DNA from: Mailhella sp. | GTDB taxonomy: Bacteria > Desulfobacterota > Desulfovibrionia > Desulfovibrionales > Desulfovibrionaceae | Direction of reading: 5' to 3' | DNA length: 38,949 bases | Assembly: GCA_017411945.1 (NCBI GenBank) | Contig: JAFQPD010000064.1 | Span: 1 to 38,949 of the forward strand | Shown here: positions 9,069-18,539 of the stretch, piece by piece | How the letters are laid out: every line of letters starts with the position of its first letter | Numbering within the stretch: position 1 is the stretch's first letter | Translations under genes and position numbers: made by a program | The notes under the pieces: model-generated | What the model saw: only the letters and a program-made list of their open reading frames with translations | Databases searched by the model: none | Told to the model about the DNA's origin: nothing

Positions 9069-10151
9069 ATGAATCTGCTTCCCATCCGCCCCGATGCCCC
9101 GTGGCTGGCCCCGCTTGCGGGCTGGTCCGACCTGCCGTTCCGCGTGCTCTGCCGTGAGCAGGGGGCGGCGGTATGCTGCACCGAGATGGTCAGCGCCAAG
9201 GGCCTCGTCTATGGCGGGCGCAATACCGAGGACCTGCTGGCGACGACTCCGCAGGAAGGGGAAATGCTCGAAGGCGGATCGAGCGTCACCGATCACCCTC
9301 TCGTCGTGCAGATTTTCGGAGCTGAAGCCGACTTCATGGAACAGGCTGTTCAGATATTGAAGCATCGCGGCTTCGAGTGGTTCGATGTGAACATGGGCTG
9401 TTCCGTGCCCAAGGTCACCAAGACCGGCGCAGGCGCGGCCATGCTTCGCGATGTGCCCAATGCCCTGCGCGTGGCAGAAGCCGTCATCAAGGCGGCCGGT
9501 CCGGGGCGCATGGGCTTCAAGCTCCGCCTTGGCTGGGATCCTTCCCACGAGGTCTATCGGGAGCTGGCCCGCGAACTGGCGGCTATGGGAGCCGGCTGGG
9601 TGACCCTTCATCCGCGCCACGCCGTGCAGGGCTTTGCCGGAGTGCCGCGTTTCGAGGCCATAGGGGAACTGGCAGCGGAACTTCCTGTGCCTGTCATTGC
9701 CAGCGGCGACCTTTTCACCGCGGCCGACGGCATCCGTGTGCTTCGGGATACGGGGTGCGCTTCCGTGATGTATGCCCGCGGCGCACTCAAGAATCCGGCC
9801 ATTTTTGCACGGCATCTGGAATTGCTGAAAGGGGGAGGCCAGCCCGCTGAGGCTTTCGTTCCAGACTGCGGGGACGGCCCTCTTTCGGCGCAGGACGCCT
9901 GTGACGTGCTGGACGCTATGCCGGTGGACCGGGACGAGCTGGCCGGCGTGATACGCCGCCATGCCCAGCTGGCCCGCCGCTGGTCGCCTCACCTTGCCCT
10001 GCTGAAGATGCGGACCTTCGTGCCTCGCTATGTGAAGAGCATGGACGGAGCAAGGGCCCTGCGGCAGGAGATAGTGAAATGTACGGACTGGGATGCCCTG
10101 AATGCTGTCCTTGAGAAATACTTTGGTGCTGAACCGGAGACGGAGCTGTGA
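9069..10151 (+). CDS. tRNA-dihydrouridine synthase (Dus family)
   Basis: LAPLAGWSDLPFR, TEMVSAKGL, VQIFG, DVNMGC, KLRLGW, LHPR and IASGD motifs. Confidence 0.92.
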   Translation: MNLLPIRPDAPWLAPLAGWSDLPFRVLCREQGAAVCCTEMVSAKGLVYGGRNTEDLLATTPQEGEMLEGGSSVTDHPLVVQIFGAEADFMEQAVQILKHRGFEWFDVNMGCSVPKVTKTGAGAAMLRDVPNALRVAEAVIKAAGPGRMGFKLRLGWDPSHEVYRELARELAAMGAGWVTLHPRHAVQGFAGVPRFEAIGELAAELPVPVIASGDLFTAADGIRVLRDTGCASVMYARGALKNPAIFARHLELLKGGGQPAEAFVPDCGDGPLSAQDACDVLDAMPVDRDELAGVIRRHAQLARRWSPHLALLKMRTFVPRYVKSMDGARALRQEIVKCTDWDALNAVLEKYFGAEPETEL

Positions 10152-11248
10152 TGAAGAGCGAAAAGATAAATCTCTGTGATCTGCCCTACGCCGAGCTGGA
10201 ACGCTTCGCCGTGGAAGAACTGGGCTTCAAGAAGTTCCGTGCCGGCCAGATATGGCAGTGGATATGGGCCAAGAACGTTTCCGGCTTCGAAGCCATGACC
10301 GATCTTTCCCAGGCCGACCGCGCGAAACTGGAAGAGAAAGCCGTCATCCGCTGGCCCTCCATTGCAGATGTGCGCGTCAGCTCTGATGGCACGACCAAGT
10401 TCCTGCTGGAGCTTTTCGACGGTGAACTCATCGAGACTGTTCTCATTCCCAGCGAAGCCCCCAAGCGACCCAACGACCTTTCCGTGCGCATGACGCAGTG
10501 CGTATCCACTCAGGTTGGCTGTGCCATGGCCTGTTCCTTCTGCAGCACGGGCAAGCTTGGTTTCAAGCGCAACATGACCATGGGCGAGATACTCGGCCAG
10601 GTTCAGGTGGCCCGCAGATATGTGGACGATACCCGTCCTGAACATCCCATCATCCGCAACCTTGTCTATATGGGCATGGGCGAGCCCCTGCTCAACTTCG
10701 CCAATGTCATGGATTCGCTCCGCACGCTCCAGCACCCCAGGGGATTGGCCTTCTCTCCCCGGCGAATTACGGTTTCGACCTGCGGCATAGAAAAGGGGAT
10801 GCGCGAATTCGGCGACAGCGGCCTTGCCTTCCTCGCCGTGTCTCTGCATGCGCCCAATCAGGCTCTGCGTGAACAGCTCATGCCCCGTGCCGCCCATTGG
10901 CATCTGGACGACCTTATTTCCGCACTCGAGAGCTATCCGCTCAAGACGAGGGAACGCATCACGCTGGAATACCTCGTCATCGCCGGGCTCAACGACCAGC
11001 CGGAGCACGTCAAGCAGCTGGCCCGCATCTGTTCCCGCCTGAAGGCCAAGCTGAACCTCATCCCCTACAATCCCACTCCGGGCACGCCGTATCAGGCCCC
11101 TACTCCCGAAGAGCTCCTTCGTTTCGAGAAGGCTCTCTGGGCCAAGGATATCACTGCCATCGTCCGCAAGAGCAAGGGCCAGGATATCGAAGCCGCCTGC
11201 GGCCAGCTTCGCGCTGCGCATGAAGCCAAGGTGCGGGAAGAAGCCTAG
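10151..11248 (+). CDS. rlmN: 23S rRNA A2503 / tRNA A37 C2-methyltransferase (radical SAM)
   Basis: QVGCAMACSFCSTG (CxxxCxxC), MGMGEPLLN, SLHAPN, NLIPYN and DIEAACGQL. GTG at 10148 is an alternative start. Confidence 0.96.
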   Translation: MKSEKINLCDLPYAELERFAVEELGFKKFRAGQIWQWIWAKNVSGFEAMTDLSQADRAKLEEKAVIRWPSIADVRVSSDGTTKFLLELFDGELIETVLIPSEAPKRPNDLSVRMTQCVSTQVGCAMACSFCSTGKLGFKRNMTMGEILGQVQVARRYVDDTRPEHPIIRNLVYMGMGEPLLNFANVMDSLRTLQHPRGLAFSPRRITVSTCGIEKGMREFGDSGLAFLAVSLHAPNQALREQLMPRAAHWHLDDLISALESYPLKTRERITLEYLVIAGLNDQPEHVKQLARICSRLKAKLNLIPYNPTPGTPYQAPTPEELLRFEKALWAKDITAIVRKSKGQDIEAACGQLRAAHEAKVREEA

Positions 11249-11282
11249 CTTTTCAGTCGGGAGATAGTTCCGGCAGTACGAA

Positions 11283-11325
11283 AGAACGCCGATGTCTGAC
11301 GCAAAGCGTCGGACATCGGCGTTCT
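11283..11325. terminator. Long hairpin between convergent rlmN and pheC-like genes
   Basis: 20-bp stem AGAACGCCGATGTCTGACGC-AAA-GCGTCGGACATCGGCGTTCT with one G-T pair. Only a short U-tail, on the minus strand. Confidence 0.6.
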
Positions 11326-11366
11326 GGCATGGTCGAGGGGAATGTTTCATTCCCGGCCGAAACGGC

Positions 11367-12146
11367 TTACTTGATGTACTGGTTTTCCCATTTGTCCATA
11401 GTGCCATCGGCCTTGATGGAGGCCATCCACTTGTTCACAGCGTCGAGCAGGCAGGGGTAGTCCTTCTGCATGAGCACGCCGAAGTGATTTTCGGTGAAGG
11501 GCTTGTCCACGAGGGGGGCGGCGACCTTGGGGTTGTCCTTGGCGTAGCGGCGGGCTTCCATGGTCTCGGTGATCATGATGTCGGCCTTGCCTTCGCCCAC
11601 GAGGCCGGGGATCTCGGCATTGTGCTCATGCATGGTGAGCTGGGCCTTGGTGCAGAATTCCTTGGCGAATTTTTCGTTGGTGCCGCCGGGATTGTACATG
11701 ACGCGCACGGAGGGCTGGTTCACGTCGTCGAGGGACTTGAACTGGGCTTCCTTGCTCTTGGTGCAGAGAATGGTCTTGCCGAAGGTGAGGTAGCCGTCGG
11801 ACATGGCCATCACGGCCTTGCGGGCATCGGTGACGGTGATGCCGCAGATGGCGACGTCGAACTTGCCGGCGAGGGTGTCGGCCTGCAGGGTCTTCCACAT
11901 GGTGGGCACATATTCGAGCTTCACGCCAAGGGCTTTGGCAAGGGATTCGGCCATTTCGGCATCGAAGCCTTCGTACTTGCCGGTTTCCTTGTTCAGGTAG
12001 CTCATGGGCTTGTAGTCGCCAGTGGAGCCGACGAGGAGCTTGCCGCTGGCCTTGATGTCGGCAAGGCTTCTGGCTTCAGCTCCAGAGAAAGTCATGCCGG
12101 TGACGGCGACCAGGGCAAGGGCAGAAACAAGAGCTTTTTTGATCAT
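11367..12146 (-). CDS. pheC: Periplasmic cyclohexadienyl dehydratase-like protein (PheC-like, SBP family 3 fold)
   Basis: Signal peptide ending AEA; STGDYKPMSY, GKT, NPGGTNEKFA, HN, TETMEAR and KPF match motifs I recall from P. aeruginosa PheC (TGDYKPFSY, NPGGTNEKFA, TDAIEAR). No ABC permease or ATPase gene adjacent. Confidence 0.72.
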   Translation of the reverse strand: MIKKALVSALALVAVTGMTFSGAEARSLADIKASGKLLVGSTGDYKPMSYLNKETGKYEGFDAEMAESLAKALGVKLEYVPTMWKTLQADTLAGKFDVAICGITVTDARKAVMAMSDGYLTFGKTILCTKSKEAQFKSLDDVNQPSVRVMYNPGGTNEKFAKEFCTKAQLTMHEHNAEIPGLVGEGKADIMITETMEARRYAKDNPKVAAPLVDKPFTENHFGVLMQKDYPCLLDAVNKWMASIKADGTMDKWENQYIK

Positions 12147-12188
12147 GCGAGTTCTCCGTAATGGTATTTACTGCGTTGCAGTGCTGAA

Positions 12189-12217
12189 ATAGTAGGAATA
12201 TCGTTCACTTTTGTCCA
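12189..12217 (-). promoter_or_regulatory. Candidate sigma70 promoter for the pheC-like gene
   Basis: Minus strand TGGACA-17 nt-TACTAT. Confidence 0.55.
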
Positions 12218-12229
12218 GCGCGAAGGAAT

Positions 12230-12259
12230 AAAAAAAACGGCGCCAAAGGCACCGTTTTT
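12230..12259 (-). terminator. Intrinsic terminator ending trxA-trxB-bamD
   Basis: Minus strand AAAAACGGTGCC-TTT-GGCGCCG followed by T8. Confidence 0.8.
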
Positions 12260-12268
12260 CAGTGTGTT

Positions 12269-12994
12269 TTACAGCCAGCTGAACCAGTCTTTCCAGCTGC
12301 CTTCCTGCTTTTCCCGCGTGGCCTGAGCGTCGGTCTGGCGGAATTTCAGGTAAGCGGCTTCGCCCTTGGTGCGGGCATATTCCGCTTCTTCTGTGGCGTC
12401 AGGGTAGGTCTGCACCACATGCTGGAAGCGGGTATAGGCGGCCTGATAGTTTTCCATGCCCCAGAATACGTTGCCGATGTAGATCTCGCGCTGGGCAAGG
12501 GTCTTGCGGCATTCGGCTATCTGCTCAGGGGCTTTGCGGCCGTATTCCGTATCGGGATATTCCTGATGCAGGCGGGTGAAGTATTCTATGGCTTCCTTCA
12601 CTTCCGCGGCCGAACGGTCGATGGAAGTGTAGGTTTTGCGCAGGGATACGCCAAGCTGATAGAGCACATAGGGGATAGCTTCGTTGCGGGGGTGCAGGGT
12701 CTCGAAGTCGCGGTAGGCTTCAACGGCCATCCAGTATTCCTCGCCAAGGAAGCGGGCATCGGCCAGCGCAAGCTCGGCGCGAAGAGCATAGGGGCTGAAA
12801 GGATGTTCGTCCTTGATGCGATTGAAGTAGACGGCGGCCTGCTTGTAGTTCTTTTCGCCCATAGCTTCGGTGCCAGCCTCGAATACTTCCTGAACGGTAT
12901 CCTGGGGAGCAGGCAGGAAGTATTCGTCGATGAAGGCACAGCCATTCAGGAAGAGAGTGCAGGTAAGCACACCCATGAGAAGCAGTTTACGCAT
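12269..12994 (-). CDS. bamD: Outer-membrane protein assembly factor BamD (lipoprotein)
   Basis: Lipobox LNGC; TPR motifs HPFSPYA..AEL..AD, FETLHP, YVLYQ, YPDTEY, LAQREIYIG and AAYTRF..VV..YP. Confidence 0.9.
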   Translation of the reverse strand: MRKLLLMGVLTCTLFLNGCAFIDEYFLPAPQDTVQEVFEAGTEAMGEKNYKQAAVYFNRIKDEHPFSPYALRAELALADARFLGEEYWMAVEAYRDFETLHPRNEAIPYVLYQLGVSLRKTYTSIDRSAAEVKEAIEYFTRLHQEYPDTEYGRKAPEQIAECRKTLAQREIYIGNVFWGMENYQAAYTRFQHVVQTYPDATEEAEYARTKGEAAYLKFRQTDAQATREKQEGSWKDWFSWL

Positions 12995-13916
12995 TCCAGT
13001 GCTCCAGATAGGTCAGGGCCGCAGTTGCAGCGGTGGCGCCATCGCCAACCGCACTGCTCACCTGGCGGCAGCGTTTGGCGCGAACGTCGCCAGCGGCGAA
13101 AATGCCGGAGGCGGAAGTACACATTTCGGCATCGGTGATGATGAAGCCGGCGGCATCGCGTTCGACAGCGGCGGGCAGGAAGGAGCTCACGGGAGCCATG
13201 CCCACATAGACGAAGAGGCCTTCGGCTTCGATGATGCGGATGTCGCCGTTCTCTACGTTGCGCACGGCAACGGAATCCATGCCGGCATTGCCGCCGCGGA
13301 TCTCGTCGATGACGCTTTTGGTGACGAGCTCGATGTTCTCCGTTTCGCGGATCTTGTTCTCGTACACTTTGGCGCCGCGGAAGGCATCGCGCCGATGGAC
13401 GAGATAGACTTTGTTCACGATGCGGGACAGGTACAGGGCTTCTTCCAGAGCGGAGTTGCCGCCGCCCACCACGACGACGTCGCGGCCGCGGTAGAAGTTG
13501 CCGTCGCAGACAGCGCAGTAGGAGACGCCACGGCCGCGGAAGCTGTCTTCGCCGGGGGCACCCAGATCGCGATGCTTCGCGCCGGTGCAGACCACGACGG
13601 CCTTGGCTTCAAGGGCTTCTCCCTCAGAGAGGGCGATACGGTAGAGTCCGCCTTCTGCGGCTTCCACGGAAGTCACGTCGCCTCGAACTCGAGCTACGGG
13701 ATATTCGGCCAGATGGGCATCGAAAAGGTCAGCCAGTTCCCAGCCTTTCACGCCTTTGGGAAAACCGGGATAGTTTTCTATCTCGGCAGTGCTCAGCACC
13801 TGTCCTCCGGGGGCGGAGCTCTCTACGAGGGCTACGCTCACCCCGGAACGGACAAGATAGAGGGCGGCAGTGATGCCGGCAGGGCCAGCTCCTATGACTG
13901 CTGCGTCGTACAGCAT
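12987..13916 (-). CDS. trxB: Thioredoxin reductase
   Basis: GAGPAG, IENYPG, GVSYCAVCDG, GGGNSALEE, HRRD.FR and GIFAAGD motifs. Confidence 0.96.
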   Translation of the reverse strand: MLYDAAVIGAGPAGITAALYLVRSGVSVALVESSAPGGQVLSTAEIENYPGFPKGVKGWELADLFDAHLAEYPVARVRGDVTSVEAAEGGLYRIALSEGEALEAKAVVVCTGAKHRDLGAPGEDSFRGRGVSYCAVCDGNFYRGRDVVVVGGGNSALEEALYLSRIVNKVYLVHRRDAFRGAKVYENKIRETENIELVTKSVIDEIRGGNAGMDSVAVRNVENGDIRIIEAEGLFVYVGMAPVSSFLPAAVERDAAGFIITDAEMCTSASGIFAAGDVRAKRCRQVSSAVGDGATAATAALTYLEHWNA

Positions 13917-14233
13917 TACAGGGCCTTTTCGATCATGCCCACGAGGTGGGACTTGGCAACGGCGCCGGTGACCTGATCGACCACTTCACCGTCCTTGAAA
14001 ACGATGAGGGTGGGGATGGCGCGGATGCCGAACTGGCCGGGAGTCTTGGTGTTTTCGTCCACATTCACCTTGCAGACGAGAACTTTGCCCTGATATTCGG
14101 CGGCAAGTTCTTCGACGATGGGGCCGATGCCGCGGCAGGGGCCGCACCAGGGAGCCCAGAAGTCCACGAGAACGGGGATGGAAGACTTAATGACGACGCT
14201 TTCGAAATCGGCATCGGTAACTGCGATGGACAT
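13916..14233 (-). CDS. trxA: Thioredoxin
   Basis: VDFWAPWCGPC and IRAIPTL; 105 aa from ATG 14233 with GGAGG RBS. Confidence 0.97.
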   Translation of the reverse strand: MSIAVTDADFESVVIKSSIPVLVDFWAPWCGPCRGIGPIVEELAAEYQGKVLVCKVNVDENTKTPGQFGIRAIPTLIVFKDGEVVDQVTGAVAKSHLVGMIEKAL

Positions 14234-14319
14234 GGCATATCCTCCATATAGGCGTATAGGTGACAAGGGGGAGGGAAGCTCCGCCTTTTTCTTACATCAG
14301 AAAGAAATGATGCGGAATG

Positions 14320-14348
14320 ATTGTAGGGTCAGGCAGTTTCGCTGTCAA
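14320..14348 (-). promoter_or_regulatory. Near-consensus sigma70 promoter for trxA-trxB-bamD
   Basis: Minus strand TTGACA-17 nt-TACAAT. Confidence 0.8.
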
Positions 14349-14384
14349 GGAAGACAAAAGGAAATAGCCGTTTCCCTGAGGCGG

Positions 14385-15458
14385 TCACGCCATTTCCCGC
14401 CAGTCCTCAGGGATAGTCTGGCCGCGCGGGATGGCGGAGAGAGACAGGTCGTGTGCCCGCCCTGCCTGCGCCATATGCCATCCGGCCCTGGCTATCATCA
14501 CGGCGTTGTCGCCGCAGAGGGAAAGCTTGGGGATGAGAAGGGGGATGCGCCTTTCTTCGGCGAGGCGGGAGAATTCCTGATGGACCACGCTGTTGGCGGC
14601 AACTCCGCCGGCCACAATGAGGCAGCGCGGCTTGAAGACCTGCATGGCGCGGCGGGCCTTTATGGTGAGCGTTTCGGCCACGGCGAGGAGATAGGAGGCT
14701 GCGGCGTCGCAGAGTTCCTGCGATGCAAGCCCAAGCCGTTCACGGGCGGGCGTTTCCCCGGCAGGGAAGCGCGCTTCAGGGTGCTGGGAAAGCCACAGTG
14801 AGCCGGCGGTCTTCAGTCCGCTGAAACTGAAGTCCAGATTGTCGTTCTGCGTGTAGGGGCGCGGGAAAAGGCGGGCGTCGGCCTTGCCGCGTTTGCCCAG
14901 TGCGTCGAGCAGGGCACCTCCGGGGTAGGGAAGGCCCGCCATTTTGGCGAATTTGTCGCAGGCTTCGCCGGCGGCATCGTCTATGGTCTTGCCAAGCACT
15001 TCCATCTGCGTGGGGCTTGCCATGCGGTAGAGATGGGTATGCCCGCCGGAGATGAGTACGCCGAGAGCAGGCCATGCGATGTCGTTTTCCAGACCGGCAG
15101 CCAGCAGGTGGCCGTGCAGATGGTTCACCCCGATGAGGGGGATGTCGTGGGCCAGTGCAAGGGATTTGGCAAAGGCCACGCCTACGAGAAGGCTGCCCAT
15201 GAGGCCGGGCCCGCGAGTGACGGCTATGCGGTCGATCTTCGTCCATGGATCAGGGCCGAGGCCGGCCTGAGCGAGGAGGCTGTCGAGGAGGGGGCCGATG
15301 AGGCGGGCGTGTTCACGAGAGGCCAGCTCGGGCACTACGCCGCCGAAGAGGGCGTGGATATCCGCCTGGCTGGAAATGACGGAGGCGCGCACGCCGCTGT
15401 CATCCACGAGGGCGAGAGCGGTCTCGTCGCAGGAGCTTTCTATACCCAGAACCAGCAT
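14385..15458 (-). CDS. tsaD: tRNA N6-threonylcarbamoyladenosine transferase
   Basis: LGIESSCDET, GGVVPELASREH, GPGL.GSL.VG, VNHLHGH, SGGHT, DDAAGEA.DK, FSFSGLKT and DNAVMIA motifs. Confidence 0.96.
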   Translation of the reverse strand: MLVLGIESSCDETALALVDDSGVRASVISSQADIHALFGGVVPELASREHARLIGPLLDSLLAQAGLGPDPWTKIDRIAVTRGPGLMGSLLVGVAFAKSLALAHDIPLIGVNHLHGHLLAAGLENDIAWPALGVLISGGHTHLYRMASPTQMEVLGKTIDDAAGEACDKFAKMAGLPYPGGALLDALGKRGKADARLFPRPYTQNDNLDFSFSGLKTAGSLWLSQHPEARFPAGETPARERLGLASQELCDAAASYLLAVAETLTIKARRAMQVFKPRCLIVAGGVAANSVVHQEFSRLAEERRIPLLIPKLSLCGDNAVMIARAGWHMAQAGRAHDLSLSAIPRGQTIPEDWREMA

Positions 15459-15531
15459 AAGCAACCCTTCGGGCTTGTGGCCCTTTACAGAAGGAGACCG
15501 CGTACTGGCCCATGCCCGTACGCGGTTCAGG

Positions 15532-15561
15532 AAAAGCGGGCGGGGCAGCAGCCCCGCCTTT
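15532..15561 (-). terminator. Terminator-like hairpin after fbp
   Basis: Minus strand GGCGGGGC-TGCT-GCCCCGCC then CGCTTTT. A second hairpin ACCGCGTAC..GTACGCGGT lies at about 15497-15526. Confidence 0.55.
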
Positions 15562-15581
15562 GTGTGGAACGACCTTTTAAA

Positions 15582-16589
15582 TTAGATCTTGCCGTACTGC
15601 TTGTAGACTTCGATGACCTGATCCACGTCGTCGGCAGAACCGATGATGAGCGGGGTGCGCTCGTGGATGGCGGTGGGCGTCTTTTCAAGGATGCGGTTCT
15701 TGCCGTCGATGGCCTTGCCGCCGGCCTGTTCGGCGAGGAAGGCGAGCGGGTTGGCTTCGTACATGAGGCGCAGCTTGCCGCGGGGGTGCTTGGAGTCTTC
15801 AGGATAGAAGAAGACGCCGCCCTTGAGCAGGGTACGGTGGAAGTCGGCCACGAGGGAACCGACATAGCGGGTGGGACGGGGGGCGTAGCCGATGGGGCGG
15901 GAGAAGGAGTGGACGGCCTTCTGGGTGCCTTCGTCCCAGTAATTGAAGTAGCCGTGGTTGGCAGAGTAGTACTTGCCGATGCGCGGGATCTGGATGTTGG
16001 GATGGGTGAGCAGGAATTCACCGATGGAGGAGTCGAGGGTGAAGCCGTTCACGCCGTGGCCGGTGGAGTACACCAGCATGGTGGAGGAGCCGTACAGGAA
16101 GTAGCCGGCGGCCACCTGTTCCAGGCCGGGACGGAGAAGGGCGTCGGAGTTGAGTTCCCAGTAGTTCTCGTCGTCGGAGCGGCGGTAGATGGAGAAGATG
16201 GTGCCGATGCTCACGCCCACGTCGATGTTGGAAGAGCCGTCCAGCGGATCGAAGAAGATGACGTAGTGGCCATGAGGTTCGTTTTCGGGCACGAAGAAGG
16301 GTTCGGCCATTTCTTCTGAGCCGACGGCGCAGACGGAGCCGGAACTCTGCATGCGGTATACCAGCGTGTTGTTGGCGAAGATGTCGAGCTTCTGGACCTG
16401 TTCGCCCTGCACGTTCATGGAACCCGTTGCGCCCAGGATGTCGACGAGGCCGGCCTGGTTGACGTTACGGGAAATGATCTTGGCGGAGAGGATAAGGTCG
16501 TGCATAAGGGCGGTGAACTGGCCCGTAGCTTTGGGAGACCATCTGCGCTGCGATGCGATAAGGTGTTCAATTGCGGTGACTTCAGACAT
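15582..16589 (-). CDS. fbp: Class 1 fructose-1,6-bisphosphatase
   Basis: [45 protein letters not shown] and [20 protein letters not shown] before ATG 16589. Confidence 0.96.
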   Translation of the reverse strand: MSEVTAIEHLIASQRRWSPKATGQFTALMHDLILSAKIISRNVNQAGLVDILGATGSMNVQGEQVQKLDIFANNTLVYRMQSSGSVCAVGSEEMAEPFFVPENEPHGHYVIFFDPLDGSSNIDVGVSIGTIFSIYRRSDDENYWELNSDALLRPGLEQVAAGYFLYGSSTMLVYSTGHGVNGFTLDSSIGEFLLTHPNIQIPRIGKYYSANHGYFNYWDEGTQKAVHSFSRPIGYAPRPTRYVGSLVADFHRTLLKGGVFFYPEDSKHPRGKLRLMYEANPLAFLAEQAGGKAIDGKNRILEKTPTAIHERTPLIIGSADDVDQVIEVYKQYGKI

Positions 16590-16730
16590 ATCCAAGCTCC
16601 TTGGTGCTGGCTCCGGTCGTTCGCATGGCGTCAACAGCTTTGCGCTGGGATCGGGGCTGCTGTTATTTGCCAGTGGTTATAGCATGAACAGGGGTAAATG
16701 TGCAATAAGTTACAAGGCGAATATCGTCCT

Positions 16731-17498
16731 TTACCGGGCCTTGCTGGCAAAGACCAGCGGCTTTCCGCCGAGGTAGCGAGTCACCCAGATCATGGAACCG
16801 TTTTCGTTGGAAAGCTCGCCGCTGCTTTCTTCCTTGAGCAGGGATGCCCAGTCGACTTTGCCCAGAGGGCTGGCGTCGTAGTCCACATCGCCGCACCAGA
16901 TGAGCGTGTCCGTCGAACGGACGACCAAATCTCCCGGAGAGGAGACGTAGGGCAGGAGAGCGCGGAAGTCGAAGGTGGCCACAAGGAAGAGCTGGAGCTG
17001 GTCTTCCTGAAGGAAGGGGCGGGCCAGCACTATCTCGGGGCCGAGAGGCGTATCCTGCACGAAGGCGCGCAGGTCGCGTGGCAGGGCCTTGGGGGCGGTG
17101 CTCAGGAGGGGCGAGTAGTCCAGCTGCTTGAGCGGAACAGGGGGGATGGAGGCGCCGAGCGTTCCGTCGGGAGCCACCATGGCCAGCCCGGAGAGCCACG
17201 GGAAACGGCGCAGGAGTGCTGCCGCCCCCTGCCCGTCGGGCGGGGTGGCGAAGGCGTCCAGGGCTTTTTCGAGCCTGATGAGCTCGTTGTCGAGCGCCAT
17301 CATGCGCTGGGCCAGGCCGCGTTCGCCGTCTTCAAGCACGGTGCGGTCCGTGATGTCTACCGATTCGGGGCGGTTGATGTGCGTATAGTAGAATTTCTTG
17401 CTGTCCTTGTAGCAGCTCTCGATCGTGGAGCAGCCGGGGAGGGCCAGAACGAGTGCGGGAAGGAGGCAGAGAAGAAGGGGGCGTATGCTGCAGCGCAT
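16731..17498 (-). CDS. Conserved hypothetical lipoprotein, possibly Cache-like fold
   Basis: Lipobox LPGC after a hydrophobic stretch, GGAG RBS and operon position. The fold call is inference. Confidence 0.7.
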   Translation of the reverse strand: MRCSIRPLLLCLLPALVLALPGCSTIESCYKDSKKFYYTHINRPESVDITDRTVLEDGERGLAQRMMALDNELIRLEKALDAFATPPDGQGAAALLRRFPWLSGLAMVAPDGTLGASIPPVPLKQLDYSPLLSTAPKALPRDLRAFVQDTPLGPEIVLARPFLQEDQLQLFLVATFDFRALLPYVSSPGDLVVRSTDTLIWCGDVDYDASPLGKVDWASLLKEESSGELSNENGSMIWVTRYLGGKPLVFASKAR

Positions 17499-17516
17499 GT
17501 TTTCTCCAGCCGCGCG

Positions 17517-18539
17517 TCAGGCGCGGTTACGGTTTTCCAGCCTGGCGGCCAGCGATTCCAGCATGTCGAGCACGCCGGAAGCGGAAGACTGGTCAGAAGC
17601 GGTGTGTTCCGTATTCTGCAGAAGGCTGGTCAGTTTGGCGTTGAGTTCTGCCTTTTCCTCGGCGGAAGAGCAGGACTCGAGCAGTTCGCGATAGATTTCA
17701 GCGGCTTCGTCTGTGGCACCCTGCTCTTCGAGCACTCGGGCCATGGAGCGGGTACGGAGCGAGCTTTTTCCCTCCAGCAGGCCGCGCGGCACTGTGGCCA
17801 TGGCCGGGACGTAGCCAGTGTCCTCCGGAGCGGGCAGGGGGGATGGGGCGTCGGCAGCCTGTGCGGCGGCCTGAACGAAGAGCAGGGCGGGAACGGGCTG
17901 TTCTTCCTGCTCGTCATCGTAGATGTCATCCTCGTCCGGGACAGAGTCCAGAGCATGCCATGCCGCATCTTCCGGCATGGTGAACGCTCTGCCTTCTGCC
18001 GGGCCTGCTTCAGAGGGCAGGGGGGCGGGAGCGTTCCCGGAAATATGGGGGGGCTCCTGCGGAGCCGGGGGGGCGGGGCGCGGAGTGCGCCCTTCGCCTT
18101 CCAGTGCGGCGATTCCGGCTTCGAAAACATCGGCGAGGCTGTGCCCGTTTTTCTGCATGGAAGCGGCGAAAAAGAGAAGCATGGCGGCCAGGTCGGCCCT
18201 CAGGCCGGGGCGGCGGCTCCATATGCGCCAGAGCGCGGGTGCCTGGCCCAGCAGCTCGATGATGCCTTCGGCTTCGAGACCTGCGGAGGCGTCCTGCCCG
18301 GCAAGGTGCAGGAGTTCGATGAGATAGAGCCTGGCCTCAAGGAATTCCGGATGCCTGCCGAGCCCGGCCTTGAGCACGTCCACGGCATCGCCTGTACGGC
18401 CGAGCTCTGCAAGGAGACGGGCGTAGGGAAGGAATATGCGAGAGTTGGGATCGAGCGAAAGTACTTCCTGATACCATTTCGCTTTCTCGGAGCGGCCATT
18501 GCCTGCAAGGGGCGAATCCATGGCGATGCGTTCATTCAT
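17517..18539 (-). CDS. TPR-containing protein with a Pro/acidic low-complexity linker
   Basis: N-terminal TPRs (YQEVLSLDPNS..LPYARLL..A..VL..GL..HPEFLEAR) and a C-terminal TRSMARVLEEQG..AAEIY TPR-like motif. Confidence 0.75.
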   Translation of the reverse strand: MNERIAMDSPLAGNGRSEKAKWYQEVLSLDPNSRIFLPYARLLAELGRTGDAVDVLKAGLGRHPEFLEARLYLIELLHLAGQDASAGLEAEGIIELLGQAPALWRIWSRRPGLRADLAAMLLFFAASMQKNGHSLADVFEAGIAALEGEGRTPRPAPPAPQEPPHISGNAPAPLPSEAGPAEGRAFTMPEDAAWHALDSVPDEDDIYDDEQEEQPVPALLFVQAAAQAADAPSPLPAPEDTGYVPAMATVPRGLLEGKSSLRTRSMARVLEEQGATDEAAEIYRELLESCSSAEEKAELNAKLTSLLQNTEHTASDQSSASGVLDMLESLAARLENRNRA

